A stretch of DNA of 64,000 nucleotides from Actinomycetota bacterium (GCA_014377015.1 JACMQL010000030.1:5759-69758), one strand, 5' to 3'. Counted from the stretch's first letter, positions 11,105 through 22,857 are shown. Numbers and translations: made by a program. Notes: generated by a model not told the origin, from the sequence alone.

Positions 11105-11563
11105 CTAGAGTTGCGCGAGGGCCGCTTTGTAATCTTCAAGTAGTCGTGCTTCTCCGATTGAATTAAGGACCTGCCATCGCAAAATGCCCTCTTTATCGAT
11201 CACAAAAGTGCCGCGCGTCGGACAGCCGCGGGTCTCATTGAATATCCCGTATGCCTTGGACACTTCCCCATGTGGCCAAAAATCAGAGAGGACCGGAAAC
11301 GTATATTCCTCTTGTGCTGCGTACGCCCTCTGCACGGCAACCGAATCGCAAGAGATCGCCAGGAGTTCTACATTCTCATTTTGGAAAAGCGATAGGTCAT
11401 CCCGCAAAGCGCAAAGTTCGCCGGTGCAAATCCCCGTGAAAGAAAAGGGATAGAACACGAGCACCACGTTTTTCTTGCCTTGAAAACTTGCAAGAGAGAT
11501 TTTATCGCCATGCTGATTCATAAGCTCAAATTCAGGTGCTGGATTTCCTATGGTTAAAGACAT
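11105..11563 (-). CDS. ahpE: Peroxiredoxin, AhpE-like (1-Cys/Bcp family)
   Basis: Motif VLVFYPFSFTGICTGELC contains the peroxidatic Cys. Synteny matches Mtb ahpE-Rv2239c-aceE. Start at ATG 11563 (MSLTIGNPAPEFEL). Confidence 0.88.
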   Translation of the reverse strand: MSLTIGNPAPEFELMNQHGDKISLASFQGKKNVVLVFYPFSFTGICTGELCALRDDLSLFQNENVELLAISCDSVAVQRAYAAQEEYTFPVLSDFWPHGEVSKAYGIFNETRGCPTRGTFVIDKEGILRWQVLNSIGEARLLEDYKAALAQL

Positions 11564-11573
11564 GGGATGAAAC

Positions 11574-12056
11574 TTATCTCTTGGCTGACTTTCGTGCCAC
11601 AAGTCGCGTTGCCGACCAATCTGGCGCGGCGGCTAAAGATGAGGTTTGGCTCAAGCCCGCGGTGGGTGCAGCATCTTGTATGTCACTTGGTTCTACATGG
11701 TGCGGTCGACCAGCCTTCGGAGTAAGTAGCCAGATCGGTCCGTTATCAATGAGAAAAGTTAAGGCATCCACCAATTCATCAACGAGATCAGAATCTCCTT
11801 CGCGCCACCAGAGAATGACTCCATCCACGACTTCGTGCGCGGGTCCCGCGATTAATTGATTACCTGTGACACTCATTATTTCCTGGCGTAAAGCCTCATC
11901 GCAATCTGGGCCGTAACCAGATTCCAAGATCAAGAATCCTGGCTCAAATCCCATCCGACCCGCCATCGACCCCGCAGGGGTAGTCACCAACGCTCCTCCT
12001 TTCGCGCCATAGTGCCGAGCCACTCTGGCCCCACTATTAGGAATTCCCATGAACAT
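11574..12056 (-). CDS. DUF3052-family protein (Rv2239c-like)
   Basis: The core GFEPGFLILESGYGPDCDEALRQEI...VILWWREGDSDLVDELVDAL...IWLLTPKAGRPHHVEPSDIQDAAPTAGL matches my recollection of the family. The start is uncertain; internal ATG 11966 is an alternative. Confidence 0.7.
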   Translation of the reverse strand: MFMGIPNSGARVARHYGAKGGALVTTPAGSMAGRMGFEPGFLILESGYGPDCDEALRQEIMSVTGNQLIAGPAHEVVDGVILWWREGDSDLVDELVDALTFLIDNGPIWLLTPKAGRPHHVEPSDIQDAAPTAGLSQTSSLAAAPDWSATRLVARKSAKR

Positions 12057-12102
12057 TTACAGAGGCAAGTTCACCTAAGGTTCGCGCATTTCGCAAGAGT
12101 AT

Positions 12103-12132
12103 TTGACCTGAAATCTTGAGTTTTTTAGCAAT
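12103..12132 (+). promoter_or_regulatory. Candidate sigma70-type promoter for aceE
   Basis: TTGACC (12103-12108), a 17-nt spacer, then TAGCAAT (12126-12132), about 80 nt upstream of the aceE ATG. Sequence pattern only. Confidence 0.35.
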
Positions 12133-12211
12133 CTCAGCCGACAGGAAAAGTTGGCGAGCAACCTGCCCTGTTCAATGTGACTAACCGAGCCGAAGGGGGA
12201 AAGATAGGGTC

Positions 12212-14932
12212 ATGAGCGAAAATTTACATGCGCCCGAGCAGGTCACAGATCAACTAGTCGATACTGACCCTGAGGAAACTGCCGAATGGCATGCCTCCTT
12301 TGACGCAGCCCTTGCACACGCTGGTCCGGTCCGCGCCCGCTACCTGATGTTGAGTTTGCTCAATCGAGCACGTGAGAAAAATGTCGGGATGCCTTACCTT
12401 CGCACCACTGATTACATCAACACGATCCCACCGCAACGCGAACCTGCATTCCCCGGCGACGAGGCAATTGAGAAACGAATTCGGGCTTATATTCGTTGGA
12501 ATGCCGCGATGCTTGTGCACCGCGCGCAACGTCCTGGAGTTGGAGTCGGCGGGCACATTTCGAGTTACGCATCGTCGGCTACTTTGTATGAAGTTGGATT
12601 CAATCATTTCTTCCGTGGAAAAGATCACCCAGGTGGCGGCGACCATATCTATTTCCAAGGACATGCCAGCCCAGGCATGTATGCCCGCGCATTTATGGAA
12701 GGTCGTTTCACCGAACATCAGTTGGACGGTTTCCGACAGGAAATCTCTCACGAAGGCGGCGGACTATCCTCCTATCCTCACCCACGATTGATGCCAGAGT
12801 TCTGGGAATTTCCCACGGTTTCGATGGGACTCGGACCACTCAATGCGATTTACCAAGCGCGCTTTAATCGCTACCTTCACAATCGCGGAATTAAAGACAC
12901 AAGTGACCAGAATGTCTGGGCATACCTAGGCGATGGTGAAATGGATGAGCCCGAGAGTTTGGGGGCGATCGGTTTAGCAGCTCGCGAAGGTCTGGATAAC
13001 CTGACCTTCGTCATCAACTGCAACCTACAACGACTTGATGGACCAGTCCGCGGCAACGGAAAAATCATCCAAGAACTCGAATCAATATTCGGTGGGGCCG
13101 GATGGAACGTCATCAAAGTTGTGTGGGGCCGCGAATGGGATCCTCTACTCGCGCAAGATCGTGAAGGTGCCCTCGTGCAGCTCATGAATCAAACTCCAGA
13201 TGGCGATTATCAGACTTTCAAAGCCGAAAGTGGCGCCTACGTTAAGGAGCACTTCTTCGGCCGTGATCCGCGTACTGCCGCACTTGTTGCGAATTGGAGC
13301 GATGACCAGATATGGAAGCTACGACGCGGTGGTCATGATTACCGAAAGATTTTCGCCGCATATAACGAGGCTCGAGAGCACAAGGGTCGCCCAACCGTCA
13401 TTCTTGCAAAGACAATTAAGGGTTGGTCACTGGGGTCGAGTTTTGAGGGCCGTAATTCGACGCACCAAATGAAGAAGATGACAATGGATGACATCATCAC
13501 TTTCCGCGATCGCTTGCGAATTCCTATTGCAGATGACCAATTAGATGCGAAGTTACCACCATATTTCAAACCAGCGGAAAATTCTGAAGAGCATCAATAC
13601 ATGATGGAGCGCCGCCGCGTACTTGGTGGCTCCGTTCCTCGTCGTCGCGCTATTTCTAAACCACTTCCGCAGCCGCCGGATTCGGCGTACGAATCTGCAA
13701 GGCGCGGATCAGGAAATCAGGAAATCGCAACCACGATGGCTTTCGTTCGAATGTTGAAGGACCTCATCAAAGATCCAGGTTTGGGTTCACGATTCGTGCC
13801 CGTAATTCCCGATGAAGCGCGAACCTTCGGCATGGATTCACTCTTCCCTACTTTAAAAATCTATTCACCGCTCGGTCAGACTTATACCTCGGTAGATCGC
13901 GAACTTCTCCTGTCCTACAAGGAATCCACTTCGGGAGTCATTCTTCACGAAGGCATCAACGAAGCCGGTTCGGTCGCATCATTTACTGCCGTGGGAACTT
14001 CATATGCAACGCACGACGAGCCGATGATTCCGATCTACATCTTCTACTCAATGTTCGGATTCCAGCGCACCGGCGATTCATTCTGGGCTGCCAGTGATCA
14101 GATGGCACGCGGCTTCGTGCTGGGTGCGACGGCTGGTCGAACCACCCTCAATGGTGAAGGTCTCCAACATGAAGACGGACATTCGCATCTGCTTGCTTCC
14201 ACCAACCCAGCCGTCGTGGCTTACGATCCCGCGTTCGCATTTGAGATCGGACATATTGTCAAAGATGGTCTGCGTCGAATGTATGGCGAGAACAGCGAAA
14301 ATATTTACTACTACCTGACTCTTTACAACGAGCCGTACGTCCAACCAACCGAACCAGAAAACTTGGATGTCGAAGGTCTACTTCGCGGTATCTACTGTTA
14401 CTCAGTCGCACCTGATGAGGGCAAGCAGCCAGCCCAGATTCTTGCATCTGGCGTAAGTCTGTTGTGGGCACTCAAAGCCCAGCAGCTGCTTGCCCAAGAC
14501 TGGGGTATTGGAGCCAACGTGTGGTCCGTGACTTCTTGGAACGAACTACGACGCGACGGCCTCGAAGTCAATCGCCATAATCTGATGCATCCACATGATC
14601 CTAAGCAGGCTTACATAAATGAGAAACTGCAAAATGCACAAGGCCCAATTGTTGCAGTGAGTGATTTCATGCGTGCGGTGCAAGATCAAGTTGCGCCGTG
14701 GGTCTCCCAATCATTCCTCTCCCTCGGCACTGATGGATTCGGATTATCTGATACGCGCGGTGCGTTGCGACGTCATTTCAAAGTGGACGCCGAATCGATT
14801 GTGGTCGCCGTGCTTACTCAACTTGCAAAGGATGGTGAAGTTTCCATCGATTCAGTTCGGGAAGCGATCGAGAAATATCAACTTTTTGATATTTCCGCCG
14901 CGGACCCGGGAAACACTGAAGGATCCGGTTGA
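12212..14932 (+). CDS. aceE: Pyruvate dehydrogenase E1 component, homodimeric type
   Basis: 906 aa full-length AceE pattern ([47 protein letters not shown]). Preceded by the RBS GAAGGGGGAAAG. Confidence 0.96.
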   Translation: MSENLHAPEQVTDQLVDTDPEETAEWHASFDAALAHAGPVRARYLMLSLLNRAREKNVGMPYLRTTDYINTIPPQREPAFPGDEAIEKRIRAYIRWNAAMLVHRAQRPGVGVGGHISSYASSATLYEVGFNHFFRGKDHPGGGDHIYFQGHASPGMYARAFMEGRFTEHQLDGFRQEISHEGGGLSSYPHPRLMPEFWEFPTVSMGLGPLNAIYQARFNRYLHNRGIKDTSDQNVWAYLGDGEMDEPESLGAIGLAAREGLDNLTFVINCNLQRLDGPVRGNGKIIQELESIFGGAGWNVIKVVWGREWDPLLAQDREGALVQLMNQTPDGDYQTFKAESGAYVKEHFFGRDPRTAALVANWSDDQIWKLRRGGHDYRKIFAAYNEAREHKGRPTVILAKTIKGWSLGSSFEGRNSTHQMKKMTMDDIITFRDRLRIPIADDQLDAKLPPYFKPAENSEEHQYMMERRRVLGGSVPRRRAISKPLPQPPDSAYESARRGSGNQEIATTMAFVRMLKDLIKDPGLGSRFVPVIPDEARTFGMDSLFPTLKIYSPLGQTYTSVDRELLLSYKESTSGVILHEGINEAGSVASFTAVGTSYATHDEPMIPIYIFYSMFGFQRTGDSFWAASDQMARGFVLGATAGRTTLNGEGLQHEDGHSHLLASTNPAVVAYDPAFAFEIGHIVKDGLRRMYGENSENIYYYLTLYNEPYVQPTEPENLDVEGLLRGIYCYSVAPDEGKQPAQILASGVSLLWALKAQQLLAQDWGIGANVWSVTSWNELRRDGLEVNRHNLMHPHDPKQAYINEKLQNAQGPIVAVSDFMRAVQDQVAPWVSQSFLSLGTDGFGLSDTRGALRRHFKVDAESIVVAVLTQLAKDGEVSIDSVREAIEKYQLFDISAADPGNTEGSG

Positions 14933-16881
14933 TAGGTCGAATTCCTATCACCGATATCTCTCCCGTAGTTTCTTTCGGGAGAGATATTTTTCCTGCCAAA
15001 GCAATTGTTGGTGAGCAGATTAAAATAGGTGCGACGGTTTTTCGAGAAGGACATGACGCACTCGGAGCTGTTGCAGTACTTGTAGATCCAAGTGGAGAGA
15101 TCGTCGATCGCGGCAGAATGCGAGAAATATGGCCCGGTAGCGATCGTTACGAAGTAGCCCTCACCCCGCAAGATATCGGGGAATTTACTTTCCATATCGA
15201 GGCGTTCGATGATCCGTATGAAACTTGGCACCATGATTCAGAAATTAAGATCTCAGCAAATATAGATCCAGAATTATGCTGTGAGATTGGGGCAAAGATA
15301 TTTGCAGAAAAATTGTCAGAAGACAGCGATGCAGAAGATTTGCTTCTTCCAGTTCTCGAAGCTCTAAAAGACAAGAAACTTGCGCCGGCAAATCGTTTTT
15401 CAATGGCGAGCAGCCCAGAGATTCGCAGGTATTTTCACGAATTTCCGCTGCGCAGACTACTCACCATTTCCGAAACTTTTCCTTTACGTGCGGCACGCGA
15501 ACGCGCCCTTTTCGGAGCATGGTACGAATTCTTTCCTCGCAGTGAAGGCGCAACAAAGAATAAATCTGGGACTTTGAAGACGGCAGCAAAACGTTTACCT
15601 GCCGTAGCCGAAATGGGCTTTGATGTGATCTATCTTCCGCCAATCCATCCGATTGGAAGGAATTTCAGAAAAGGGCCCAACAATTGCCTCCATGCAGGTC
15701 CTTCAGACCCCGGTGTGCCGTGGGCAATCGGGAACGCCGATGGCGGCCATGACGCGATTAACCCCGAACTTGGGACAATGGAAGATTTTGAATACTTTGT
15801 CTCAGTTGCAAAGAAAAATAATCTGGAAGTTGCTCTTGATTTAGCGCTGCAAGTGTCTCCCGATCATCCATGGGTGAGCGCACATCCCACGTGGTTCAAT
15901 CATCGACCTGATGGAAGTATCGCGTACGCAGAGAATCCGCCAAAGAAGTATCAAGATATTTACCCGATTAACTTTAATTCAGATAACGCCGGAATTCTTA
16001 CCGAAGTTCTCCGAATTATCCGCCTCTGGGTGGGTAAAGGCGTGACATTGTTTCGCGTGGATAATCCGCATACCAAGCCGGTGGCATTCTGGGAAGAACT
16101 GTTAGCGATAGTTCATAAAGAAAGCCCTGAAATTATTTTCCTTGCTGAGGCATTTACGCGACCGGCAATGATGTCTTCACTTGGCAAGGTCGGATTCCAC
16201 CAGTCGTACACGTATTTCACATGGAGAACGAGCAAGCAGGAACTCATTTCTTATGGCAATGAATTAGCGCACGAAACTAGCGCGTTCTTCCGCCCAAATT
16301 TCTGGGTCAATACCCCAGACATCCTTCCGTTTCATTTACAAAAGGGCATACCGGCAATGTTCGCCCTGCGCGCCGTACTTGCTTCGACTTTGAGTCCCTC
16401 CTGGGGCATGTACGCCGGCTACGAACTATTCGAGCACCTGCATGTCAAAGATGGCGGCGAGGAGTATCTCGACTCCGAGAAGTACCAAGTACGCATCCGA
16501 GACTGGGACGGCGCTGCTAAAGCAGGACTCACACTCGCGCCGTTTATCACGCAACTCAATCAAATTCGTAAGACTCACCCTGCTCTACAACGACTTCGCA
16601 ATCTGGCATTCCATAACACGGGATCAGATGCGATCATCGCTTACTCAAAGCGTGAGGGCGCTGATCTAATCCTTGTCATTGTCAATCTAGATCCCACTTT
16701 TGCGCAAGAGACCACGGTTCATTGGGATCTCAGCGCCCTTGGAATCTCCTCAGAAAGATTCCGCGTCAAAGATCTCTTGGATAACTCAGAATTCGAATGG
16801 TCGCGCGATACTTACATACGACTCGATCCGAGCCAACATTCCGGCAAAGTCGCCCATATCGCGCGCGTAATTCTGGATTGA
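14929..16881 (+). CDS. glgE: Alpha-1,4-glucan:maltose-1-phosphate maltosyltransferase
   Basis: N-terminus [13 protein letters not shown]...PAKAIVGE...[10 protein letters not shown] is typical of GlgE, and the GH13 catalytic core includes [10 protein letters not shown]. The TTG start overlaps the aceE TGA (gTTGA). Confidence 0.9.
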   Translation: MIGRIPITDISPVVSFGRDIFPAKAIVGEQIKIGATVFREGHDALGAVAVLVDPSGEIVDRGRMREIWPGSDRYEVALTPQDIGEFTFHIEAFDDPYETWHHDSEIKISANIDPELCCEIGAKIFAEKLSEDSDAEDLLLPVLEALKDKKLAPANRFSMASSPEIRRYFHEFPLRRLLTISETFPLRAARERALFGAWYEFFPRSEGATKNKSGTLKTAAKRLPAVAEMGFDVIYLPPIHPIGRNFRKGPNNCLHAGPSDPGVPWAIGNADGGHDAINPELGTMEDFEYFVSVAKKNNLEVALDLALQVSPDHPWVSAHPTWFNHRPDGSIAYAENPPKKYQDIYPINFNSDNAGILTEVLRIIRLWVGKGVTLFRVDNPHTKPVAFWEELLAIVHKESPEIIFLAEAFTRPAMMSSLGKVGFHQSYTYFTWRTSKQELISYGNELAHETSAFFRPNFWVNTPDILPFHLQKGIPAMFALRAVLASTLSPSWGMYAGYELFEHLHVKDGGEEYLDSEKYQVRIRDWDGAAKAGLTLAPFITQLNQIRKTHPALQRLRNLAFHNTGSDAIIAYSKREGADLILVIVNLDPTFAQETTVHWDLSALGISSERFRVKDLLDNSEFEWSRDTYIRLDPSQHSGKVAHIARVILD

Positions 16882-16888
16882 GGAAGTT

Positions 16889-18787
16889 ATGAAAGATAAG
16901 AAAAGTACTGATGGGAGTGCGTTTTTGCACCCTAACTCAACCCTTGGCGAACTTGATCTGTACCTCATTGGTGAAGGTCGACACGAGCGATTGTGGGAGG
17001 TGCTCGGTTCTCACCTGCAGAGAAATGAGGCAGGCGATGTTATCGGCACGGCCTTTGCGGTGTGGGCACCTAATGCCCGCGAAGTAAGTCTTATTTGTGA
17101 TGCAAACTTTTGGGATCGCAACACACACAAGATGCTTCGAGTTGGGAGTAGCGGGATATGGGAGATCTTTATCCCTGAGTTGGGTATTGGACTTAAATAT
17201 AAGTTCGCAATCCATCAACCGGATGGTCGTTGGGTGGATCACGCAGACCCGCTTGCGCAAAGGACCGAGGTTCCACCACTTACGGCCTCAATAGTCACTG
17301 AAGCCGCACATCAATGGACCGACTCCGCCTGGATGAAGACACGAGCAGAATTTCAACCTTGGCGTGGGCCAGTTTCTATCTATGAAGTTCACTTAGGCTC
17401 CTGGAAGCTGGGATTGAATTATCAAACTCTCGCCGTTGAGTTGATTGCATATGTAAAGGAACAAGGCTTCACGCACGTGGAATTCTTGCCTGTAATGGAA
17501 CATCCCTATGGTCCATCTTGGGGTTACCAAGTCACCTCCTTTTTTGCTCCAACTTCACGCTTCGGTACCCCAGATGATTTCCGCAATCTCGTTGATGAAT
17601 TACACCGTGCTGACATCGGAGTGATCTTGGACTGGGTGCCAGCACACTTTCCTAAGGACGAATGGGCGTTGGCTAATTTTGATGGGAGTGCGCTTTACGA
17701 ACACGCTGATCCCAAACTTGGAGAGCATCCAGACTGGGGCACGCTGATCTTTAATTTCGGTCGCAATGAAGTGCGCAATTTCCTAGTTGCCAGCGCCTTG
17801 TATTGGCTGACAGAGTTCCATATCGATGGCCTGCGCGTCGATGCTGTCGCGTCGATGCTCTACCTCGACTACTCCCGCAAGGCCGGTGAATGGGTGCCAA
17901 ATAAATATGGGGGACGTGAGAATTTAGAAGCTGTTGCTCTTCTTAAAGAAGCCACATCCGCTGCCTATCGCATACATCCCGGCATCATGATGATTGCCGA
18001 AGAATCCACTGCTTGGTCGGGCGTTTCACGAAGTACTGATTCAGGAGGCCTGGGATTCGGCTTCAAATGGAATATGGGTTGGATGCACGACACTCTTTCT
18101 TACCTGCAACGAGATCCAATCCATCGGGTTCATCACCACAATGAAATTACCTTCTCAATTCTTTATGCCTGGAGTGAAAACTACGTTCTTCCGATCTCGC
18201 ATGACGAAGTAGTCCATGGGAAGGGTTCTCTTGTAAATAAGTTTCCTGGCAACCGCTGGCAGCAACTTGCCACTCTTCGCGCCTTTTACGGATTCATGTG
18301 GGCTCATCCCGGTAAGAAATTGCTGTTCATGGGCAGCGAATTTGCACAAAGCGATGAGTGGGATGAGAGCCGTGGATTGCAATGGCACCTCACTCAATTC
18401 GAAGAGCATCAAGGCATTCAGCGAACAATCTCAGAACTGAATCAGAACTATGCTGCAATCCCCGCGCTTTGGGAGAAGGACACTTCGCCTGAGGGATTCA
18501 CTTGGCTTGTCGGATCCGATGCGGCAAGTAACATTTTAGCCTTTGCCCGATGGGACGAGCGCGGCGAGCCCTTGGTAAGTATCACCAATTTCTCGCCCGT
18601 ACCTCACGAGCGGTATGCAATGCCCCTTCCAATTTCTGCAACGTGGAAAGAGATAATCAATACAGATGACCACAAATTCGGAGGCAGTGGGATCGTGAAT
18701 GGCGAGATTGTTTCCTCTCATACCAACGGAAATCAGATCACCCTTCGGGTGCCGCCCTTGGCCACTATCTGGTTGCAACCCAATTAA
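16889..18787 (+). CDS. glgB: 1,4-alpha-glucan branching enzyme (short form)
   Basis: GH13_9 motifs (DWVPAHFPKD, GLRVDAVASMLY, MMIAEESTAW, LPISHDEVVHGK). At 632 aa it lacks the extra N-terminal domain of 720-730 aa GlgBs. Confidence 0.94.
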   Translation: MKDKKSTDGSAFLHPNSTLGELDLYLIGEGRHERLWEVLGSHLQRNEAGDVIGTAFAVWAPNAREVSLICDANFWDRNTHKMLRVGSSGIWEIFIPELGIGLKYKFAIHQPDGRWVDHADPLAQRTEVPPLTASIVTEAAHQWTDSAWMKTRAEFQPWRGPVSIYEVHLGSWKLGLNYQTLAVELIAYVKEQGFTHVEFLPVMEHPYGPSWGYQVTSFFAPTSRFGTPDDFRNLVDELHRADIGVILDWVPAHFPKDEWALANFDGSALYEHADPKLGEHPDWGTLIFNFGRNEVRNFLVASALYWLTEFHIDGLRVDAVASMLYLDYSRKAGEWVPNKYGGRENLEAVALLKEATSAAYRIHPGIMMIAEESTAWSGVSRSTDSGGLGFGFKWNMGWMHDTLSYLQRDPIHRVHHHNEITFSILYAWSENYVLPISHDEVVHGKGSLVNKFPGNRWQQLATLRAFYGFMWAHPGKKLLFMGSEFAQSDEWDESRGLQWHLTQFEEHQGIQRTISELNQNYAAIPALWEKDTSPEGFTWLVGSDAASNILAFARWDERGEPLVSITNFSPVPHERYAMPLPISATWKEIINTDDHKFGGSGIVNGEIVSSHTNGNQITLRVPPLATIWLQPN

Positions 18788-18816
18788 ACGCTGGTACCTC
18801 AATGGGTAGTGCTTTT

Positions 18817-19677
18817 TTAAAACAAAGCGTTAGCTAGCGCTCCACGTGCTTTGATCAGACGTGGATCCCCAGGATCGACCAAGGTAAACAATTCCAACAG
18901 ATGATTCTTGGCTAGATTCTGATCGTCACCAGATAATGCGCCAACGCACCTCAATAATCGGGAGAATGCGGATTCAACTTTTCCTGAGATAATTTCGCAG
19001 TCTGCGCACTGAATCTGTAATGCCACGTCATTCGGAGAAACTTCGGCTGCGACAAAAATCTGTTCTGCATCGAGGGCTGTCGTACGAATCAGGAGTTGTG
19101 TCTGAGCCAAACCTAATTTTGCGAAAATTTCTTGTGGTTTGCGAGCCAGCCATTTCTTATAAGCAACTTCAGCAGCCAGGAAATCGCCAACTTCAAGAGC
19201 TGCGAGCGCCTCTTCTTCTTCGGGTTCGACAATTTCTTCAGGGACAGACCCAATGCCCTGTTCGGCTGCAATAGACAACACTTTGTCAATTACCTGCCGA
19301 ATTTGCGCTTCGGGATAACTCTGCTCAAACAATGGAACTACTTGCTCTGCAATAAGAGCTAGCGCATACGGAACCGTGCGGACCTGAAGTGCTTGCGCGA
19401 CTTGAGTTTCCACATCCACATTAACGGTACCCAGACTCCATCGATCGCTTTCGCCACTCTGCAATTTAGCCAAGATGTCCAAGATTGCAATCGACTCGGG
19501 ACTTCGATTGGACCAGCAGAACAGCACAACTAACTTTGTGCGAGACAAAGGTAAAATTTCGCTCGTCAGATTGGCTGCGGTGACTTCGATTCCGACACTT
19601 ACTGTGGACTTGGCGGGTGCAGGTTTTCCGAGTCCACTGAGATCTACTGCACGGCCAAAATTCGCAGGTAGAGTCAC
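18817..19677 (-). CDS. Thioredoxin-fold + TPR-like co-chaperone-type protein (YbbN/CnoX-like)
   Basis: The N-terminal thioredoxin-like region lacks CxxC (FCWSNRSPES). The C-terminal region is helical and repeat-like. Family call is from overall pattern only. Confidence 0.5.
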   Translation of the reverse strand: MTLPANFGRAVDLSGLGKPAPAKSTVSVGIEVTAANLTSEILPLSRTKLVVLFCWSNRSPESIAILDILAKLQSGESDRWSLGTVNVDVETQVAQALQVRTVPYALALIAEQVVPLFEQSYPEAQIRQVIDKVLSIAAEQGIGSVPEEIVEPEEEEALAALEVGDFLAAEVAYKKWLARKPQEIFAKLGLAQTQLLIRTTALDAEQIFVAAEVSPNDVALQIQCADCEIISGKVESAFSRLLRCVGALSGDDQNLAKNHLLELFTLVDPGDPRLIKARGALANALF

Positions 19678-19681
19678 GCGC

Positions 19682-20908
19682 TTATTCTCCCCCTACTTCA
19701 ACGCCAGAATCCCGCCGAAACGGGAGGATTTCCGAAATGTACGAATGCGCTGCAAATACTAGACCGACATCGTGGCCGGCTTTTTCACTGAGATACCAAC
19801 GATGTTCGAGAACTTCATGGAAAAGTTGCGCGTGTTCGATTCGGCCCTGATGTTCAGTGGGAACTAACGCAATTATCGGATGGAAGACTTCACGTAGCCA
19901 CTTCCGCGCACTCACGTCAATCGGACCGCGCGGCGGTTCTTCACGGGATCGATATCTGTCGAATGAGGCAAGAAGTCGCTTTGCTTGCAACTCCTCGGTC
20001 TCCAACCCTGTGATATCACGCAATCTCGCTTGATGGTAACCAGCGGCGACCAACTTCGGCTGAAACTGCAAAGCATGATGTTCGCCATCTAGTGAGACTG
20101 ATACTTCTTCAACGGCAAATCCTAAATCCTGGAGTTGGCGCATTGCGCGCTCCACCGCATGTCGATCCTGCGGATCAAGCAACTGCGGCTCTTTCAGGGC
20201 TGCCCATAAGCGTCTATAGCGCTTGATGACCGCATCACTAGCGCGGATTGGATCCATTCCAGGATAGAGCACACCTGAAAGCGAGAGGTCCTCCAACTCG
20301 GCGGCAACATTAAAATGCGCGATATCGAGATCGTGTTCACGCTGACCAGCCGTTAATGTCTTTTGAAATTCCCCCGTTTCGGCGTCCACGAGGTAAGCAG
20401 CAAACCCTTCAGCATCTCGTCGAAACAAAGTGTTCGATAGCGAACAATCCCCCCACCAAAAACCAAGCAGATGCAGACGCACAAGGAGCAAAGCCAGGGC
20501 GTTGGCCATAGTCATGACGTCGTGGGCCGTTACATTTCCCGAAAGGAGCACGCGATAAGGCAGAGAATATGGAAGAAAGCGGGTGGCGAGGGCGCATGGC
20601 AATTCCTGCCCTGAAGTATCAGTGCGCCCCTCGACAACTGCGATTGGAGCGACACTCGGAGCACCCAAATGGACCAACTGGCGCAACAACCGATATTCGC
20701 GATTGGCAAACTCCGCTACGGTCTCCTTTACCGCATAAATTTCGCTATCCGGCGCATCCGAAGCGCGGACCAGCCGGACAATGTGACGAGATATTCCGCG
20801 CTTTTCCGCAAGATTGGGATCCTCGGGCCATGTCTCAAGGGGCTGTTCCCATGGGAGACCCGTAACTGCCGCGATTTCCTCGCCGAGTCCTGTTATGCGT
20901 AAAGACAT
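19682..20908 (-). CDS. DUF4032 domain protein with Kdo/RIO-like kinase fold
   Basis: Kinase-like core (YAVKE, REYRLLRQL, WGDCSLSNTLF, LVDAETGE) followed by a conserved C-terminal helical domain. Start at ATG 20908 downstream of AAGGAGA. Confidence 0.6.
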   Translation of the reverse strand: MSLRITGLGEEIAAVTGLPWEQPLETWPEDPNLAEKRGISRHIVRLVRASDAPDSEIYAVKETVAEFANREYRLLRQLVHLGAPSVAPIAVVEGRTDTSGQELPCALATRFLPYSLPYRVLLSGNVTAHDVMTMANALALLLVRLHLLGFWWGDCSLSNTLFRRDAEGFAAYLVDAETGEFQKTLTAGQREHDLDIAHFNVAAELEDLSLSGVLYPGMDPIRASDAVIKRYRRLWAALKEPQLLDPQDRHAVERAMRQLQDLGFAVEEVSVSLDGEHHALQFQPKLVAAGYHQARLRDITGLETEELQAKRLLASFDRYRSREEPPRGPIDVSARKWLREVFHPIIALVPTEHQGRIEHAQLFHEVLEHRWYLSEKAGHDVGLVFAAHSYISEILPFRRDSGVEVGGE

Positions 20909-20972
20909 AAGGACATTGTCTCCTTTAAATGTTAACCCAAGATGAACTGCCCTCACGGATTAGACTCAGTCT

Positions 20973-22088
20973 ATGGCAATCCCACGTAGCGAGAAGAAAT
21001 CACCTGCTAAAGCATCTGTGAGGCAGGATTTCGGGGTACCTGGCGCCCCAATCAACCAAGCACATCCTTTCTATTTCGGATTTCTCGCAACTGCAGGTGG
21101 TGTTGTGGCTCTTACCGTATTGCGTTCGCTGGCGGCGGCGAGCCAAATATTTGTCTTGATAATAATTGCCCTGTTTTTTGCGATGGGACTCAACCCGGCG
21201 GTCGAGGCAATCAGAAGGCGCGGAATTTCACGAACTAAAGCAGTGGGCTTGATCTTCTTCATTGTCACGGTATTTGCTGCACTTTTTGCTTGGTTGATGA
21301 TTCCACCTGTTGTGTCACAGGGCGCTTACCTCATCAATCATGCTCCAGCACTCTTAAGCGAACTCAAAAATAATTCTGCAATTGCTTCATTTAATGATCA
21401 ATTTGGTGTTATCGACACTCTGCAAACGAAACTGCGTGAAGTCACACGGGACGGAACAATCATTGTTTCAGCTTTCGGCGGGGTTGTTGGTGTCGGAAAA
21501 TCCGTACTGTCGGGAACTTTCGCGGGATTGACGGTACTTATTCTCTCCTTGTATTTCGTCATCTCATTGCCGAAAATGACTGAAATGGGATTGCGATTGG
21601 TTCCTGCTAGTCGACGAGGTCGAATCACCCCACTCACACAGGCAGTTATTGACCGAATCGGCGCATTTGTCGGAAGCCAAATTACAATTTCATTTCTGGC
21701 GAGTTTCTTTGTGCTCATCCTCTCAATTTCACTAAGGCTGCCATCTCCTATAGCACTCGCGATGTTAATTCTTATTTGCGGACTCATTCCGCTCATCGGT
21801 CATTTCATAGGATGTTCGATTGTCACGATCGTGGCGCTCAGTCAATCAGTTTGGACCGGAATAATTGCCTTTCTTCTTTATGTGCTTTACGTGCAAATTG
21901 AAAACTACGCAATCACACCTAAAATTATGCGAAAGACATTGGCAGTACCGGGTGCGGTCACAATTATTGCGGCACTACTGGGATCTTCCTTGCTGGGCTT
22001 GGTGGGTGCGCTCCTTGCCGTTCCCATCGCCGCTTCGATCATTCTGATACTTGATGAAGTTGTTTACCCGCGGGCAGACCAGAGCTAA
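20973..22088 (+). CDS. AI-2E family transporter (PerM/UPF0118)
   Basis: About 8 TM segments with a typical C-terminal block (IPLIGHFIG, YVQIENYAITPKIM, LLGLVGALLAVPIAA). Confidence 0.85.
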   Translation: MAIPRSEKKSPAKASVRQDFGVPGAPINQAHPFYFGFLATAGGVVALTVLRSLAAASQIFVLIIIALFFAMGLNPAVEAIRRRGISRTKAVGLIFFIVTVFAALFAWLMIPPVVSQGAYLINHAPALLSELKNNSAIASFNDQFGVIDTLQTKLREVTRDGTIIVSAFGGVVGVGKSVLSGTFAGLTVLILSLYFVISLPKMTEMGLRLVPASRRGRITPLTQAVIDRIGAFVGSQITISFLASFFVLILSISLRLPSPIALAMLILICGLIPLIGHFIGCSIVTIVALSQSVWTGIIAFLLYVLYVQIENYAITPKIMRKTLAVPGAVTIIAALLGSSLLGLVGALLAVPIAASIILILDEVVYPRADQS

Positions 22089-22107
22089 TTTTTAGTTCAA
22101 TTCAAGA

Positions 22108-22818
22108 TCAGTATTCGGTGGGCAAAGGCAATTTTTCTGGTGCCACGCATTTTGTGATTTCGCTCAATACGCGATAGACAGAAGGCTCACCGATCCATAA
22201 GTGCTTTGCTTCGTCAACAGCAATCAATTTAATGTGCGGAACGATTGCAAAACGCTCCCGTGCTTGGTGCGGCTTCAAATAATCATCGAATTCGGGAATC
22301 AAAGCGATTATTGGTCGAGGATCTGAATTCCAGTACGCCAATTGTTCAGGTGTAGAGGTACGCAGCGGCGGACTCAGAAGAATCAAACCCTTATGCCGCG
22401 CATCCTTGGCATGTTGAAGAGCGAGGTCCGTCCCGAATGACCAACCAACTACCCAGAGATTCGCAAGTTTCAATTCGTCGAAGCAATAGGCAAGGACTGC
22501 CTCTACATCATGTCGTTCGCTTACGCCGTTATCAAAATGTCCTTCACTTGTACCCGCATCACTTGTCGTCCCACGTGTATTGAAACGAACGACAGAAATG
22601 CCTGCTAGTGCGGGCAGGCGATTAGCAGCTTTTTTGTAAACGTGACTATCCATCATTCCGCCAGCAGTAGGGAGGGGATGAAGACAAAGAATTGCACCAG
22701 TGTTCTCTCCGAGCGGCTCGGCGATCTCGGCCACCAAGTCCAATCCGTCCTTGGTGCGTACCTTGAACTGCGTTCGCTTTGATGGAAGCACAGTATTGGC
22801 GCGGATAATTTCGCTCAC
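22108..22818 (-). CDS. Alpha/beta-fold hydrolase
   Basis: Nucleophile elbow GWSFG, a HPLPTAGG oxyanion region, and a C-terminal D...H arrangement. Substrate unknown. Confidence 0.7.
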   Translation of the reverse strand: MSEIIRANTVLPSKRTQFKVRTKDGLDLVAEIAEPLGENTGAILCLHPLPTAGGMMDSHVYKKAANRLPALAGISVVRFNTRGTTSDAGTSEGHFDNGVSERHDVEAVLAYCFDELKLANLWVVGWSFGTDLALQHAKDARHKGLILLSPPLRTSTPEQLAYWNSDPRPIIALIPEFDDYLKPHQARERFAIVPHIKLIAVDEAKHLWIGEPSVYRVLSEITKCVAPEKLPLPTEY

Positions 22819-22857
22819 GAGAACAGTCTAACCTCCCGGCGGGACTAGACTTTTTAA

